From assembly GCA_028286865.1 (NCBI GenBank), contig JAQBQU010000007.1, positions 5,888 to 69,887 of the forward strand: a stretch of 64,000 nt of DNA, written 5' to 3'. The stretch comes from Candidatus Kaiserbacteria bacterium (lineage in GTDB: Bacteria > Patescibacteriota > Minisyncoccia > Phycocordibacterales > UBA2100). The notes under the pieces were generated by a model, which was given only the letters and a program-made list of their open reading frames with translations, searched no databases and had not been told where the DNA came from. The position numbers and the translations under genes were made by a program. Shown one piece after another: positions 1 to 9,456 of this stretch. Every line of letters begins with the position of its first letter. The stretch's first letter is position 1.

Positions 1-57
1 GGATGGGCTTAGTATACTGAATACATATCACTAACAGCGCACCATTTCATAATTAGT

Positions 58-1173
58 ATGGCATTCGGAAAAAAAGAAAAAGCAGCTCCCAAGACCGTCG
101 GCGGCGGAAGCGATAAGGATATCGAACGCGCGCTCTCCGACATCAAGACAAAATTCGGCGACGACTCCATCATGATGCTGGGTGCGCAGCCGAAAGTGGA
201 TGTGAATGCCATTCCGACCGGTTCGATCGGCATCGATTGGGCGCTCGGCATCGGCGGACTCCCCCGCGGACGCATCATCGAAATATACGGACCGGAATCA
301 TCCGGAAAAACGACGCTCTGCTTGCATGCGATCGCTGAAGCCCAGAAGAAAGGCGGTATCTGCGCCTTTATCGACGCTGAACACGCGCTCGACCCGGAAT
401 ACGCCAAGAAGCTCGGAGTGGACACCGCGACACTGCTTGTCTCACAACCGGATACCGGAGAGCAGGCGCTTGAGATCGTGGAATCGCTCGTACGAAGCGG
501 TAAGATCGACGTCATCGTCATCGACTCCGTCGCGGCACTGACCCCCAAAGACGAGATCGAAGGAGATATGGGTGCTCAACACGTCGGCAAACAGGCACGC
601 CTTATGTCGCAAGCGCTGCGCAAACTCACCGCGATCGTAAGCAAGACGAAGACCACGGTGATCTTCATCAACCAGATCCGCATGCAGATCGGCGTCATGT
701 TCGGCAATCCCGAGACGACCCCGGGCGGCAAGGCGCTCAAATTCTATACATCGGTCCGCATCGACATTCGTCGCATCGCCCAGATCAAGAAGGGCGACGA
801 AGTGATGGGCGGCCGCCATCGCGTAAAGATCGTAAAGAATAAAGTGGCAGCTCCCTTCCGTGCGGTCGAGTTCGACATGCTCTACGGCGAAGGCATTTCA
901 AAAGAAGGTGAAGCGCTCGCGCTCGGCGAAAAGCTCGGCTTCGTCGATAAATCGTCCGGTGGTTCATATTCTCTCGCAGCGGCTGTCGCCGGTGTCCCTG
1001 CAAAGGGCAAAAAGGGCGAGGAGGGAGTGAAGCTCGGACGCGGCTACGATGCGGCGCGCACATTCCTCCGCGAGAATAAGCCCATCCTCAATCAGCTCCT
1101 CAAAGACATCAAAAAGAGTCTCAATGACAATGGCATGAGCCCGAAAAGCTCAGGCGGCAGCGCAGATGAATAG
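58..1173 (+). CDS. recA: Recombinase RecA
   Basis: Walker [25 protein letters not shown] and GGKALKFY signatures. Confidence 0.99.
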   Translation: MAFGKKEKAAPKTVGGGSDKDIERALSDIKTKFGDDSIMMLGAQPKVDVNAIPTGSIGIDWALGIGGLPRGRIIEIYGPESSGKTTLCLHAIAEAQKKGGICAFIDAEHALDPEYAKKLGVDTATLLVSQPDTGEQALEIVESLVRSGKIDVIVIDSVAALTPKDEIEGDMGAQHVGKQARLMSQALRKLTAIVSKTKTTVIFINQIRMQIGVMFGNPETTPGGKALKFYTSVRIDIRRIAQIKKGDEVMGGRHRVKIVKNKVAAPFRAVEFDMLYGEGISKEGEALALGEKLGFVDKSSGGSYSLAAAVAGVPAKGKKGEEGVKLGRGYDAARTFLRENKPILNQLLKDIKKSLNDNGMSPKSSGGSADE

Positions 1174-1179
1174 CAGCTC

Positions 1180-1554
1180 ATGATACGCAAAGCAACGGCG
1201 GCAGACTTCCCCGCCATACAAAGCATCATTGCCCGTTTTCCCGATACGTTGATCCAGGTGCATCTTCCCGAGCCAGAAGAGTTCTTTGTCGCCGAAGAAG
1301 AGGGCACGGTCATCGCCTGCTGTGCGCTTGAAGTATATTCGAAGCGTCTCGCCGAAGTACGTAGCCTCGCGGTCTTGCCCGAGCACCAAGGCAAAGGTAT
1401 CGCCACCGCGCTCGTTGCACGATGCCTTGAGGAAGCGAAGGCGCTCAACGTATATGAAGTGCTTACCATTACGGGCGCAACATCACTCTTCGAAAAGCAG
1501 GGCTTCGGGGCATTCAATAAAGAAAAGTTCGCTCTGATACAAATATTGGGCTAA
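1180..1554 (+). CDS. GNAT acetyltransferase (ArgA-like short form)
   Basis: LAEVRSLAVLPEHQGKGIA acetyl-CoA binding motif A. Confidence 0.85.
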   Translation: MIRKATAADFPAIQSIIARFPDTLIQVHLPEPEEFFVAEEEGTVIACCALEVYSKRLAEVRSLAVLPEHQGKGIATALVARCLEEAKALNVYEVLTITGATSLFEKQGFGAFNKEKFALIQILG

Positions 1555-1593
1555 TTGGACAATCTGCATTTTTTGGCTAGAATGCTCTCACAT

Positions 1594-2160
1594 ATGGCAA
1601 TGCTTGCATACAACGAGGTCCTCCCGAAGCGGCTTATCATCATCGACGGCGAGCCGTACGAAGTGCTTTCCGCATGGGTATTCCGCAAACAACAGCGCAA
1701 ACCGGTCAACCAGGTCAAGCTCCGTAATCTCAAGACCGGCTCGATGGCCGAACACACGTATCACGTATCCGACAAGATCGAAGAGGCGGAAGTAGAATCT
1801 CGGCCGGCGGTCTTCATCTACGAGCGCAACGGCGAGTGGTTCTTCCACGAGGTCACCGACAAATCAAAACGCTTTACCATCGACCAGGAACGCATCGGCG
1901 ATGCTTCGAAGTACCTCAAGAGCAATGTCGAGGTGGAGGTCCGCTGGTTCGACAACGAGCCGATGCAGGTGAAGATCCCGATCAAAATGGACCTCAAAGT
2001 GACCGAGGCGCCGCCAAACACCCGCGGCAACACTGCCCAGGGCGGCAACAAGGTCGTCACCCTCGAGACCGGTGCCACTCTCAACGTGCCTATGTTCGTC
2101 GAGGCCGGCGACACCGTGCGCATCAATACCGAGACTGGCGATTACGTAGAGCGCGTCTAG
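1594..2160 (+). CDS. efp: Translation elongation factor P
   Basis: C-terminal TLETGATLNVPMFVEAGDTVRINTETGDYVERV; start moved from TTG 1555 to ATG 1594. Confidence 0.95.
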   Translation: MAMLAYNEVLPKRLIIIDGEPYEVLSAWVFRKQQRKPVNQVKLRNLKTGSMAEHTYHVSDKIEEAEVESRPAVFIYERNGEWFFHEVTDKSKRFTIDQERIGDASKYLKSNVEVEVRWFDNEPMQVKIPIKMDLKVTEAPPNTRGNTAQGGNKVVTLETGATLNVPMFVEAGDTVRINTETGDYVERV

Positions 2161-2169
2161 CTTCTCTTG

Positions 2170-2205
2170 AACAAAAAGACCCTTCGTACGAAGGGTCTTT
2201 TTGTT
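2170..2205. terminator. Bidirectional intrinsic terminator after efp
   Basis: Perfect palindrome AACAAAAAGACCCTTCGTACGAAGGGTCTTTTTGTT. Confidence 0.85.
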
Positions 2206-2238
2206 TTGAGGTCGACTATTTTTGGATGTAAGGCAGAA

Positions 2239-2323
2239 GGGCCACAACTCTCGGTTCGCCGTCGCTCACCTCGGTCGCAGCCCCCGCCTCGCGGTCGCAC
2301 GAGCTCGTGCGACATCGCTCCGG
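2239..2323. repeat. Structured intergenic repeat, copy A
   Basis: GCCGTCGC loop, CCCCGCCTCGCGG linker, 18-nt palindrome TCGCACGAGCTCGTGCGA, CATCGCTCCG end; matches copies B-E. Confidence 0.8.
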
Positions 2324-2358
2324 CCGACTCCTGTCCTTTCGAACGCTATGCGTTCTCG

Positions 2359-2400
2359 AAATAAACAAAAGCCCGACGAAAGTCGGGCTTTTGTTTATTT
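2359..2400. terminator. Terminator of rpsF-ssb-rpsR
   Basis: AAATAAACAAAAGCCCGAC-GAAA-GTCGGGCTTTTGTTTATTT hairpin. Confidence 0.85.
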
Positions 2401-2592
2401 CTGAATGTAAGGCAGGAGTCCCATAAAGCGGGCGCGCTTGACCGCAGCCTCTACAGCTCGCTGCTGCTTGGCCGTAAGATCGGTTCGCTTGCGCGACATG
2501 ACACGACCGTGCGGATTGACGAACTGCTTGAGCAGGTCGACATCCTTGTAGTCGATGTGCTGGATATCATTCTGTGTGAGTATATTTGCCAT
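2395..2592 (-). CDS. rpsR: 30S ribosomal protein S18
   Basis: IDYKDVDLLKQF...QQRAVEAAVKRARFMGLLPY; in rpsF-ssb-rpsR order. Confidence 0.97.
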   Translation of the reverse strand: MANILTQNDIQHIDYKDVDLLKQFVNPHGRVMSRKRTDLTAKQQRAVEAAVKRARFMGLLPYIQK

Positions 2593-2597
2593 AAAAT

Positions 2598-3062
2598 TTA
2601 GAATGGAATGTCGTCTGGGTTAATGTCGTCTTTCGGATAATCGATACCTGCTCCACCGCCTGAAGACATCTCTTCCGGAGCCTGCTGTCCTTCGTCGCTT
2701 CTCGAAACCCCACCGCCTCCTCCACCTCCCGAACCGCGTGGACCGAATTGAACGGAGTCAGCGATGACTTCGGTGCGGTACTTCTTCTCGCCGCTGGCCT
2801 TGTCATCCCAACTGCGCGTCTGCATGCGGCCTTCGATGTATGCTGTGCTTCCCTTCTTCAAATACTGCTGAACGGTGTCAGCCTGACGACCGAAGACGAC
2901 GATATTGTGGAAATCGCTCTGTTCCTGCTTCTTGCCGTCGCGGTCTTTGAAGGTGCGATTCGTTGCGATGGAGAAGTTGCAGACGTTCATCCCTGACGGG
3001 AGCGCACGCAACTCAGGGTCGCGCGTAAGGTTGCCGAAGAGGATCGCCTTGTTGATGTACAT
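2598..3062 (-). CDS. ssb: Single-stranded DNA-binding protein
   Basis: NKAILFGNLTRDPELR start, Gly-rich linker, DDIPF tail. Confidence 0.98.
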   Translation of the reverse strand: MYINKAILFGNLTRDPELRALPSGMNVCNFSIATNRTFKDRDGKKQEQSDFHNIVVFGRQADTVQQYLKKGSTAYIEGRMQTRSWDDKASGEKKYRTEVIADSVQFGPRGSGGGGGGGVSRSDEGQQAPEEMSSGGGAGIDYPKDDINPDDIPF

Positions 3063-3077
3063 ATCAAAAGTCTAGCA

Positions 3078-3587
3078 CTACTCCGTGATGTCCAAAAGTG
3101 CCTTGTCGAGGTCGACTTCAGAGAGCGGTGCGCTGGTCTCCTCAGGACGGCGGGGGGTCGATTTGATGGTATCGGTGCGCTTTACCTCGCGAAGCGTCGG
3201 AGCCTTGATCTTGGCGCGGGTCTCCTCGCGCACGGTCACAAAGATGATGTGTCGAAGGATAGAAGTATTAGCCTTGAGGAATTCCTCGAGAGCGGCGACG
3301 GAAGCGACCGGAGCCTCATATTTGATCCAGCCGAAGTATGCCTTGTCGAAGTATGAGCGCTTATCGCCCACCTGGGACTCCATCTCATAGGCGAGACGGG
3401 TCATCGCAGGAGCGCCTTCAGCGATGAAGGAACCTCCGGCCTTTTCAATAGCGCTGCGGATATCACCGACGGCCTTCTCGACGTTCTCTTCAACTACCGT
3501 AGGAACGATGTGGTAGCCCACCTCGTATATGCGCAAAACAACCTCGTTGTCGGAGGTGTTAGCGACTGCATTCATTTCCTCTGCCAT
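3078..3587 (-). CDS. rpsF: 30S ribosomal protein S6
   Basis: RIYEVGYHIVP, RLAYEM, AYFGWI; position upstream of ssb. Confidence 0.9.
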   Translation of the reverse strand: MAEEMNAVANTSDNEVVLRIYEVGYHIVPTVVEENVEKAVGDIRSAIEKAGGSFIAEGAPAMTRLAYEMESQVGDKRSYFDKAYFGWIKYEAPVASVAALEEFLKANTSILRHIIFVTVREETRAKIKAPTLREVKRTDTIKSTPRRPEETSAPLSEVDLDKALLDITE

Positions 3588-3690
3588 ATGTAGGGGCTAC
3601 TCTACCACGGGGCCCCTGCCCCTGCAAGAAAGACCCCGTAAAATAAGGCTCTATTGACCTCTGCTCATGCAGCTTGTGAAATCCACCGAG

Positions 3691-4509
3691 TTACTGAAGA
3701 TTGATATTAAAGACACGCTCCGCATTGCGAAGCAATTGAGCTGAGACGACCGCCTCAGGCTCTCCTTTGATGCCTGCGATCGATTCCACCACCTTGGTGA
3801 CATGCGCCGGCTCATTGCGCTGCCCACGGAACGGGACCGGTGTGATGTAGGGCGCATCGGTCTCCGAAAGGAGCATGTCGAGCGGCGTATTCTTTACGAC
3901 CTCGTCGTAATCGTGGGTAAACGTGAGTACCCCGGTGAAACTCAGCGTAAACCCCATATCGAGGAACTGTTTTGCGATCTGCCAGTCCCCCGCAAAGAAG
4001 TGCACATCGCCGCGAACCTTGGCGTGCGCCTTCAGGATCTCGATAGAATCTTCATACGCATTGCGGATGTGGAGCATGAGCGGCTTGTTCAATCGATTGG
4101 CGAGTTCGATCTGCTCGATAAATGCCTTGCTCTGGATATCCTTGGTGCTTTCGTCTATACGATAGTAATCGAGACCGCACTCTCCCACTGCTATTACGTT
4201 CGGATCCTTCCCGAGCGCTTCGTATGCGGCCGTGTCAAAGACCTCGCCACGGGAAGTGAATTCCTTCCCGCCCTCTCCAAGCTCCTTTGTGTCGTGATAT
4301 GACTTGGCAGTATGTACGGGATGCAGTCCGATCGTGGCATAAACACCGTCGTATTGCTGCGCCAGGGCCACTGCAGACTTAGAGGTGTCCAACTGGGTGC
4401 CCACGATATTCATTCCGACACCGCTATCGAGCGAGCGCCTTATGACCGCATCACGATCCCCATCGTATGCGACGAAATTCGTATGTGTATGTGCATCAAA
4501 ATATTTCAT
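3691..4509 (-). CDS. tatD: TatD family nuclease
   Basis: DAHTH, GLHP, AVGECGLDYY, HIR, SETDAPY motifs; start at ATG 4509 overlapping upstream stop. Confidence 0.95.
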   Translation of the reverse strand: MKYFDAHTHTNFVAYDGDRDAVIRRSLDSGVGMNIVGTQLDTSKSAVALAQQYDGVYATIGLHPVHTAKSYHDTKELGEGGKEFTSRGEVFDTAAYEALGKDPNVIAVGECGLDYYRIDESTKDIQSKAFIEQIELANRLNKPLMLHIRNAYEDSIEILKAHAKVRGDVHFFAGDWQIAKQFLDMGFTLSFTGVLTFTHDYDEVVKNTPLDMLLSETDAPYITPVPFRGQRNEPAHVTKVVESIAGIKGEPEAVVSAQLLRNAERVFNINLQ

Positions 4510-5126
4510 ACCTTTCGTGCCCAAATTCGGATCCATTGTATATCACGGCCCAGCGTGTCTGGAACGATCTCTGACGAGATCAGCACAAAGCCCGCAATTC
4601 TCACCAGTTCCTCAAGCTCGCTCTGCCCAAATAATGTGAATCCCCGCTTTATCTCGCCGGAAGCTGCCAGGTCGTCGGACAATTCCTGATATCCCTCGCC
4701 TTCTTTTACCTGTATGTGTAGTTTTCCATCCTGTCTGAGGACGCGATAGAACTCCTTGAGCACATACGGGACCTGCTCCCTATTGATATGGAGCAGCACC
4801 GCCTGCGCCCAGATCGCACCGAACGTACCGTCCGGAAAGTCCATTTTCTGAACATCCATCTTGTAGAACGGCACGCTCGGCAGTCGCCTCTTTGCTTCCG
4901 CAAGAAATACCGCTGACAGATCGATACCTATCGGGCGTAGTCCGTATTTCAAAAATTGCTCCGTATCGCGGCCACCAGCGCACCCGACATCCAATATCGA
5001 GGAATGTGCAGGAAGTGAGCGCACAAACGCCCCTATCTCAGGCGGAAGGGCTTTCTCTATGTCCGAAAGGTACGCAGCGCCGAGCGCGTCGTACATAGCA
5101 CCAATATCAGGATGATCAGATCTCAT
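4506..5126 (-). CDS. Class I SAM-dependent methyltransferase
   Basis: ILDVGCAGG motif I, GIDLS, RVLRQDGKL. Confidence 0.9.
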   Translation of the reverse strand: MRSDHPDIGAMYDALGAAYLSDIEKALPPEIGAFVRSLPAHSSILDVGCAGGRDTEQFLKYGLRPIGIDLSAVFLAEAKRRLPSVPFYKMDVQKMDFPDGTFGAIWAQAVLLHINREQVPYVLKEFYRVLRQDGKLHIQVKEGEGYQELSDDLAASGEIKRGFTLFGQSELEELVRIAGFVLISSEIVPDTLGRDIQWIRIWARKV

Positions 5127-5524
5127 ATGGCAGTTCCTATAATATATCCCTTGCAGCTTGGTGTGCCACAATGACATTCCATTTTTTCTCCATCCTTCAA
5201 TTCAGATCTATAGTCCGATGTTATTTCTTCACCAGAAGCAATACCTGTAATCACTACGTCCGCTCCATCTATTGGATTCGTATTCGCCTCACACGAATGA
5301 TTGATATAGCGTGCCGGCGGCATCATATACAACCAACCTCCGTTGTAGCGCGCAACATACATTCGTTGATCCAAGGGAAGCCGTTCATATTCTTCGTCCG
5401 TAAGCGGACTCGACACATCTTTCCAGCTAAAAACAACTTCGCCCGGCTCAAAACTGCGCAAAGCAAAAATACCGAGACCGGCGATGCGTGATTTCCTAAC
5501 CTCTATGTCCGAATCTGGGATCAT
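5123..5524 (-). CDS. SET domain protein with post-SET cysteine motif
   Basis: GLGIFA, RYINHSCEAN, GEEITSDY, CHCGTPSCKG. Confidence 0.92.
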   Translation of the reverse strand: MIPDSDIEVRKSRIAGLGIFALRSFEPGEVVFSWKDVSSPLTDEEYERLPLDQRMYVARYNGGWLYMMPPARYINHSCEANTNPIDGADVVITGIASGEEITSDYRSELKDGEKMECHCGTPSCKGYIIGTAI

Positions 5525-6948
5525 TCTTTTCTCGGAAAAAGATTCTCCGGTTTTTTGTTGGCGAGGATGGCGGCTTTTATCTTTTCATTTGTCTGCGGCA
5601 TAAAGGGATTGAGGAGGCGCACTATCTTATATAGCTCGGTCGCAAGTTCTGCGATAAGCGCTCTTCCCTGCGCCACATCAGTTTTGATGAGCTTAAAGGG
5701 CTCGGTCGTCGTGATCTTTTGGTCGAGTTTTTGGATCTCGCCCCACACGAAGTCGAGCACCTTGTTGTAATCGTATTTTTCTAATGCCTCGGTGTATTCC
5801 TGCGGAAATCCTACGGCTTCAGGGCGAGCGATCGGAGATTCCAAATGGGTTTCAGCCAATTTCATAATACGCGCGGTCACATTGCCGAGACCATTGGCAA
5901 GGTCTGCATTGTAGGATTCCTTGAATTTCTCCATCGTCACATCCGAGTCGTCGAATGGATGTACATGTCGCGCGAGGAAATAGCGCAGTGCATCAGCCCC
6001 GTACTCGTTCACGATCGCATACGGCTCGATCACGTTGCCGAGGGATTTCGACATCTTTTGGCCGCCCGAAGTAATGAAGCCGTGATATATCACCTTATCG
6101 GTCGCCTTGATCCCGGCAGACATGAGCATCCCCTGCCACATGATCGATTGGAAGCGCACCTGGTCCTTCCCGGCAAGCTGTAATGTCTCCCCTTCGGTCC
6201 AGAATGTCTTGAAATTTCCTTCGGTACCCGGCCAGCCGAGAGTAGAGATGTAATTGGTGAGCGCATCGAACCAGACGTACATCACCTGATGCTCGTCGCC
6301 CGGCACCGGCACCCCCCAGCTCATGCGCTTGGTCTCACGCGAGATGCTGAAATCCTCAAGACCCTGTTCCACGAACTTGACCGCTTCTTCGCGGCGCCAT
6401 TCCGGGACGATGACCCCCGGCTGCTTCAAGTATTCCAGGATGCGGTCCTGATAATTGCTGAGCATGAAGAAGTAATTTTCTTCTTCCACCTCGACGGGCT
6501 CCATGGTCGGATGGTTCGGGCATTTTCCGTTGACCAGATCGCTCTCCTTGATGAAGGCTTCGTCGCCGACACAGTAGAGTCCTTTGTATTTTTTCTTATA
6601 GATATCGCCTTTGGCGGCACAGATGCGCCATAGTTCCTGCGCGGCGCGCACATGGTCGTCGTCGGTCGTGCGAATGAACGCATCGTTTGAAAGGTCGAGT
6701 GCCTCTTTCAATTTCCGGAACTCCGCCGCATAGTGATCCACATATTCTTTTACGTCGCGGCCTTCTGAGGCGGCCTTCTGAGCGATCTTCTGGCCATGCT
6801 CGTCGGTGCCGGTATTGAAGAAGACCTTCCCCCCCATGAGGCGACGATAACGCGCAATGATATCGGCGTGCACGATCTCAAGCGCGAATCCGATATGGGG
6901 ATCGGAGTTTACGTACGGGAGCGTGGTGGTGATATACAGCGGCTTCAT
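5521..6948 (-). CDS. metG: Methionine--tRNA ligase (short form, no C-terminal tRNA-binding domain)
   Basis: YITTTLPYVN, PHIGF (HIGH-like), GTDEHGQK, YVWFDAL, KMSKS. Confidence 0.97.
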   Translation of the reverse strand: MKPLYITTTLPYVNSDPHIGFALEIVHADIIARYRRLMGGKVFFNTGTDEHGQKIAQKAASEGRDVKEYVDHYAAEFRKLKEALDLSNDAFIRTTDDDHVRAAQELWRICAAKGDIYKKKYKGLYCVGDEAFIKESDLVNGKCPNHPTMEPVEVEEENYFFMLSNYQDRILEYLKQPGVIVPEWRREEAVKFVEQGLEDFSISRETKRMSWGVPVPGDEHQVMYVWFDALTNYISTLGWPGTEGNFKTFWTEGETLQLAGKDQVRFQSIMWQGMLMSAGIKATDKVIYHGFITSGGQKMSKSLGNVIEPYAIVNEYGADALRYFLARHVHPFDDSDVTMEKFKESYNADLANGLGNVTARIMKLAETHLESPIARPEAVGFPQEYTEALEKYDYNKVLDFVWGEIQKLDQKITTTEPFKLIKTDVAQGRALIAELATELYKIVRLLNPFMPQTNEKIKAAILANKKPENLFPRKE

Positions 6949-8009
6949 ACATCCACACTTTGCCATGGAAGCTTCCCGCCCTGCAAATCCTTCACAAGTT
7001 CCTGCAGAGTCGCCGCTGCCGGGACCGAGAGGATGATCCCGAGGAAGCCGGCAAGCTCAGCGCCGACGATGAGGGCCAATATCACCAAAAGCGGCGGCAC
7101 GCCCACGACACGCGTCACCACCTGCGGATAGATGAGGTGATTTTCGAACTGCTGCGCGATCACATAGATAACAACCACAATGATGCCGAGTTTCGGCCCC
7201 CCTGCCGCAAATGCGATAGCCACTGCGGGGACCGCTGCGAGGATCGGACCGAATACCGGAATGATCTCAAAACATCCTGCAATGACCGCGAGCACGAGGG
7301 CGTGCGGTACCTGGAAGATGGTGAGGAGGAGAAATACGAGCACCCCCATGATGACGCCGAGCAGGAGCTGCCCTTGCATCCACAAGCCGATCTTGTGCTG
7401 CGAGCGGCGCCAGAGCCCTGCAACATACGCCTGATGTGATTTGGGCGTGATGATGTTGAGGAAGTCATCCACCCCGGTCTCAATGACAGCAAAATAGAAC
7501 GAGAACACAATGATCAGTACGAATGAGAATACTCCGCCGAAGATATGACTGACGGCGCTGAATGCATTGCCGAAGGCACCCCCGATATTCAGAGACTCAC
7601 GTATGCTTGCCATGATATCGGCCGAGGAGATCGTAGAGACCGACGGAAGTCCAAGAATGCTCGTGTATGAGTCGAATGCGCCGCTGCGGGTCACCGACTC
7701 GAGATATGCCGGGATATTGGACGCGAACGTCGCAAAATCTTCGAGCACCGACGGAAGGAAGAAGTAAAAGATGACGAAGAAAGTACCGAAAAGCAGTGCG
7801 TACACGCTGATGACCCCGAGTATGCGCGGCAGGCCCCGGCGCGTGAGCGCACGCACACCGGGCTCGACCGCCGAGGCGATCACAATGGCAGTGAGGACGA
7901 TCAAAACGACACTTCGGAGATAGTAGAGGAGAGCCGCGAGCACCAGAATGATCACCGTTTTAAGCACCGTTCCCGACGTGATGGAAATAGTGAGGTGCTT
8001 ATCGGACAT
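6945..8009 (-). CDS. AI-2E family transporter
   Basis: Multi-TM; IIPVFGP, QQFENHLIYP, GIILSVP motifs. Confidence 0.88.
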   Translation of the reverse strand: MSDKHLTISITSGTVLKTVIILVLAALLYYLRSVVLIVLTAIVIASAVEPGVRALTRRGLPRILGVISVYALLFGTFFVIFYFFLPSVLEDFATFASNIPAYLESVTRSGAFDSYTSILGLPSVSTISSADIMASIRESLNIGGAFGNAFSAVSHIFGGVFSFVLIIVFSFYFAVIETGVDDFLNIITPKSHQAYVAGLWRRSQHKIGLWMQGQLLLGVIMGVLVFLLLTIFQVPHALVLAVIAGCFEIIPVFGPILAAVPAVAIAFAAGGPKLGIIVVVIYVIAQQFENHLIYPQVVTRVVGVPPLLVILALIVGAELAGFLGIILSVPAAATLQELVKDLQGGKLPWQSVDV

Positions 8010-8047
8010 GTCCGAATCGTATCACACCACGCGTGCGACCACGAAAA

Positions 8048-9361
8048 CTAAGAAATTATTGAAACAAGGTCGACTATCGCGACCCGGCGCTGCTCCCCTG
8101 TATCGCGGTCCCGCACGGTCACCGTATCGAGAAGCTCCGGGTTCTCACCCAGCGTATCGAAGTCGATGGTGATGCAGGAAGGAGTGCCGATCTCATCCTG
8201 ACGGCGGTAGCGCTTGCCGATGTTACCGTTGTCGTCCCACATGATCTGCGGCACCTGCTTCTTGAGCATGGAATATACCTCGCGCGCCTTAGCGACGAGC
8301 TCGGGCTTATTCTTGAGAAGAGGAAATACAGCGGCCTTGATGGGTGCCACCGCCTTATTGAACTTAAGATAGGTGCGAGTTTCTCCACCAAGCTCATCTT
8401 CGGTATACACGGAGGCAAGAATCGCAAGAATGGTGCGGTCGACTCCGAAGGACGGTTCGATCACGTGCGGCACAAACCGTTTCCCTCCCCCCTCTACCGA
8501 ATCGTCCAAGAATGAGAGATCTGCGCCCGATGCGCCAGCGTGAGCAGAAAGATCGAAATCGGTTCGGTATGCGAGTCCGTAGAGTTCTTTGTGGCCGAAC
8601 GGGAATTCAAATTCGAAATCGATCGTGCGCTTTGAGTAATGTGCGCGATCGCCGTCGGCTACTTCCAGCTCCGTCGTCTTTGACGCGTCGATGCCGACGG
8701 CAGCAAGCCATCGATGCACTTCGTTGCGCCAATCCTCGAACGCTTCCTCCCAATTGCCTGGACGGACAAAGTATTCGATCTCCATCTGCTCGAATTCACG
8801 CGAACGGAACACGAAATCCCGCGGTGCAATTTCGTTGCGGAATGCTTTACCGATCTGTGCAATACCAAACGGCAGTTTCGGGTGGAATGAGTCGACGACA
8901 TTCTTGAAATTCACGAAAATGCCTCCGGCAGTTTCCGGCCGAAGATACGAAACCGATTCGGCATCTTCAGTAGCACCGATCTGCGTCTTAAACATCATAT
9001 TGAACTGGCGGACCTCACCAAATGAACCGCCGCATTCGGGGCATTTCTCTCCCACTTGATCGGCGCGGAAACGGCGCTTACACTTTTTGCACTCTACGAG
9101 CGGGTCCGAAAACCCGCTTACATGGCCAGATGCTTCCCAGGCTTTCGGGTTCATCAAAATAGCAGCGTCGAGGCCGCACATATCATCGCGTTCCTGCACG
9201 AACATCCTCCACCACAATTGCTTAACGTTATTTTTAAGTTCAACGCCGAGTGGTCCGTAGTCCCACGTACCCGCGAGGCCGCCGTAGATCTCGGAGCCCT
9301 GGTAGACGAAGCCTCTGCGCTTGCAGAGAGAGATGATCTTTTCCATGCTTGAGTCCGACAT
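8048..9361 (-). CDS. glyQS: Glycine--tRNA ligase, alpha2 type
   Basis: DYGPLG, LRPETA, FRNEI, REFEQMEIE, IEPSFGVDR, GKRYRRQDEIGTP. Confidence 0.97.
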   Translation of the reverse strand: MSDSSMEKIISLCKRRGFVYQGSEIYGGLAGTWDYGPLGVELKNNVKQLWWRMFVQERDDMCGLDAAILMNPKAWEASGHVSGFSDPLVECKKCKRRFRADQVGEKCPECGGSFGEVRQFNMMFKTQIGATEDAESVSYLRPETAGGIFVNFKNVVDSFHPKLPFGIAQIGKAFRNEIAPRDFVFRSREFEQMEIEYFVRPGNWEEAFEDWRNEVHRWLAAVGIDASKTTELEVADGDRAHYSKRTIDFEFEFPFGHKELYGLAYRTDFDLSAHAGASGADLSFLDDSVEGGGKRFVPHVIEPSFGVDRTILAILASVYTEDELGGETRTYLKFNKAVAPIKAAVFPLLKNKPELVAKAREVYSMLKKQVPQIMWDDNGNIGKRYRRQDEIGTPSCITIDFDTLGENPELLDTVTVRDRDTGEQRRVAIVDLVSIIS

Positions 9362-9456
9362 GAGCCGAAGTTTACCCCGCAAGATTGAACGCGTCGAGTT
9401 GAATGCGAACAAGTAAGGGATATCTTGTGGGGTGTATCACGCAGGCCTTGTGGCCT

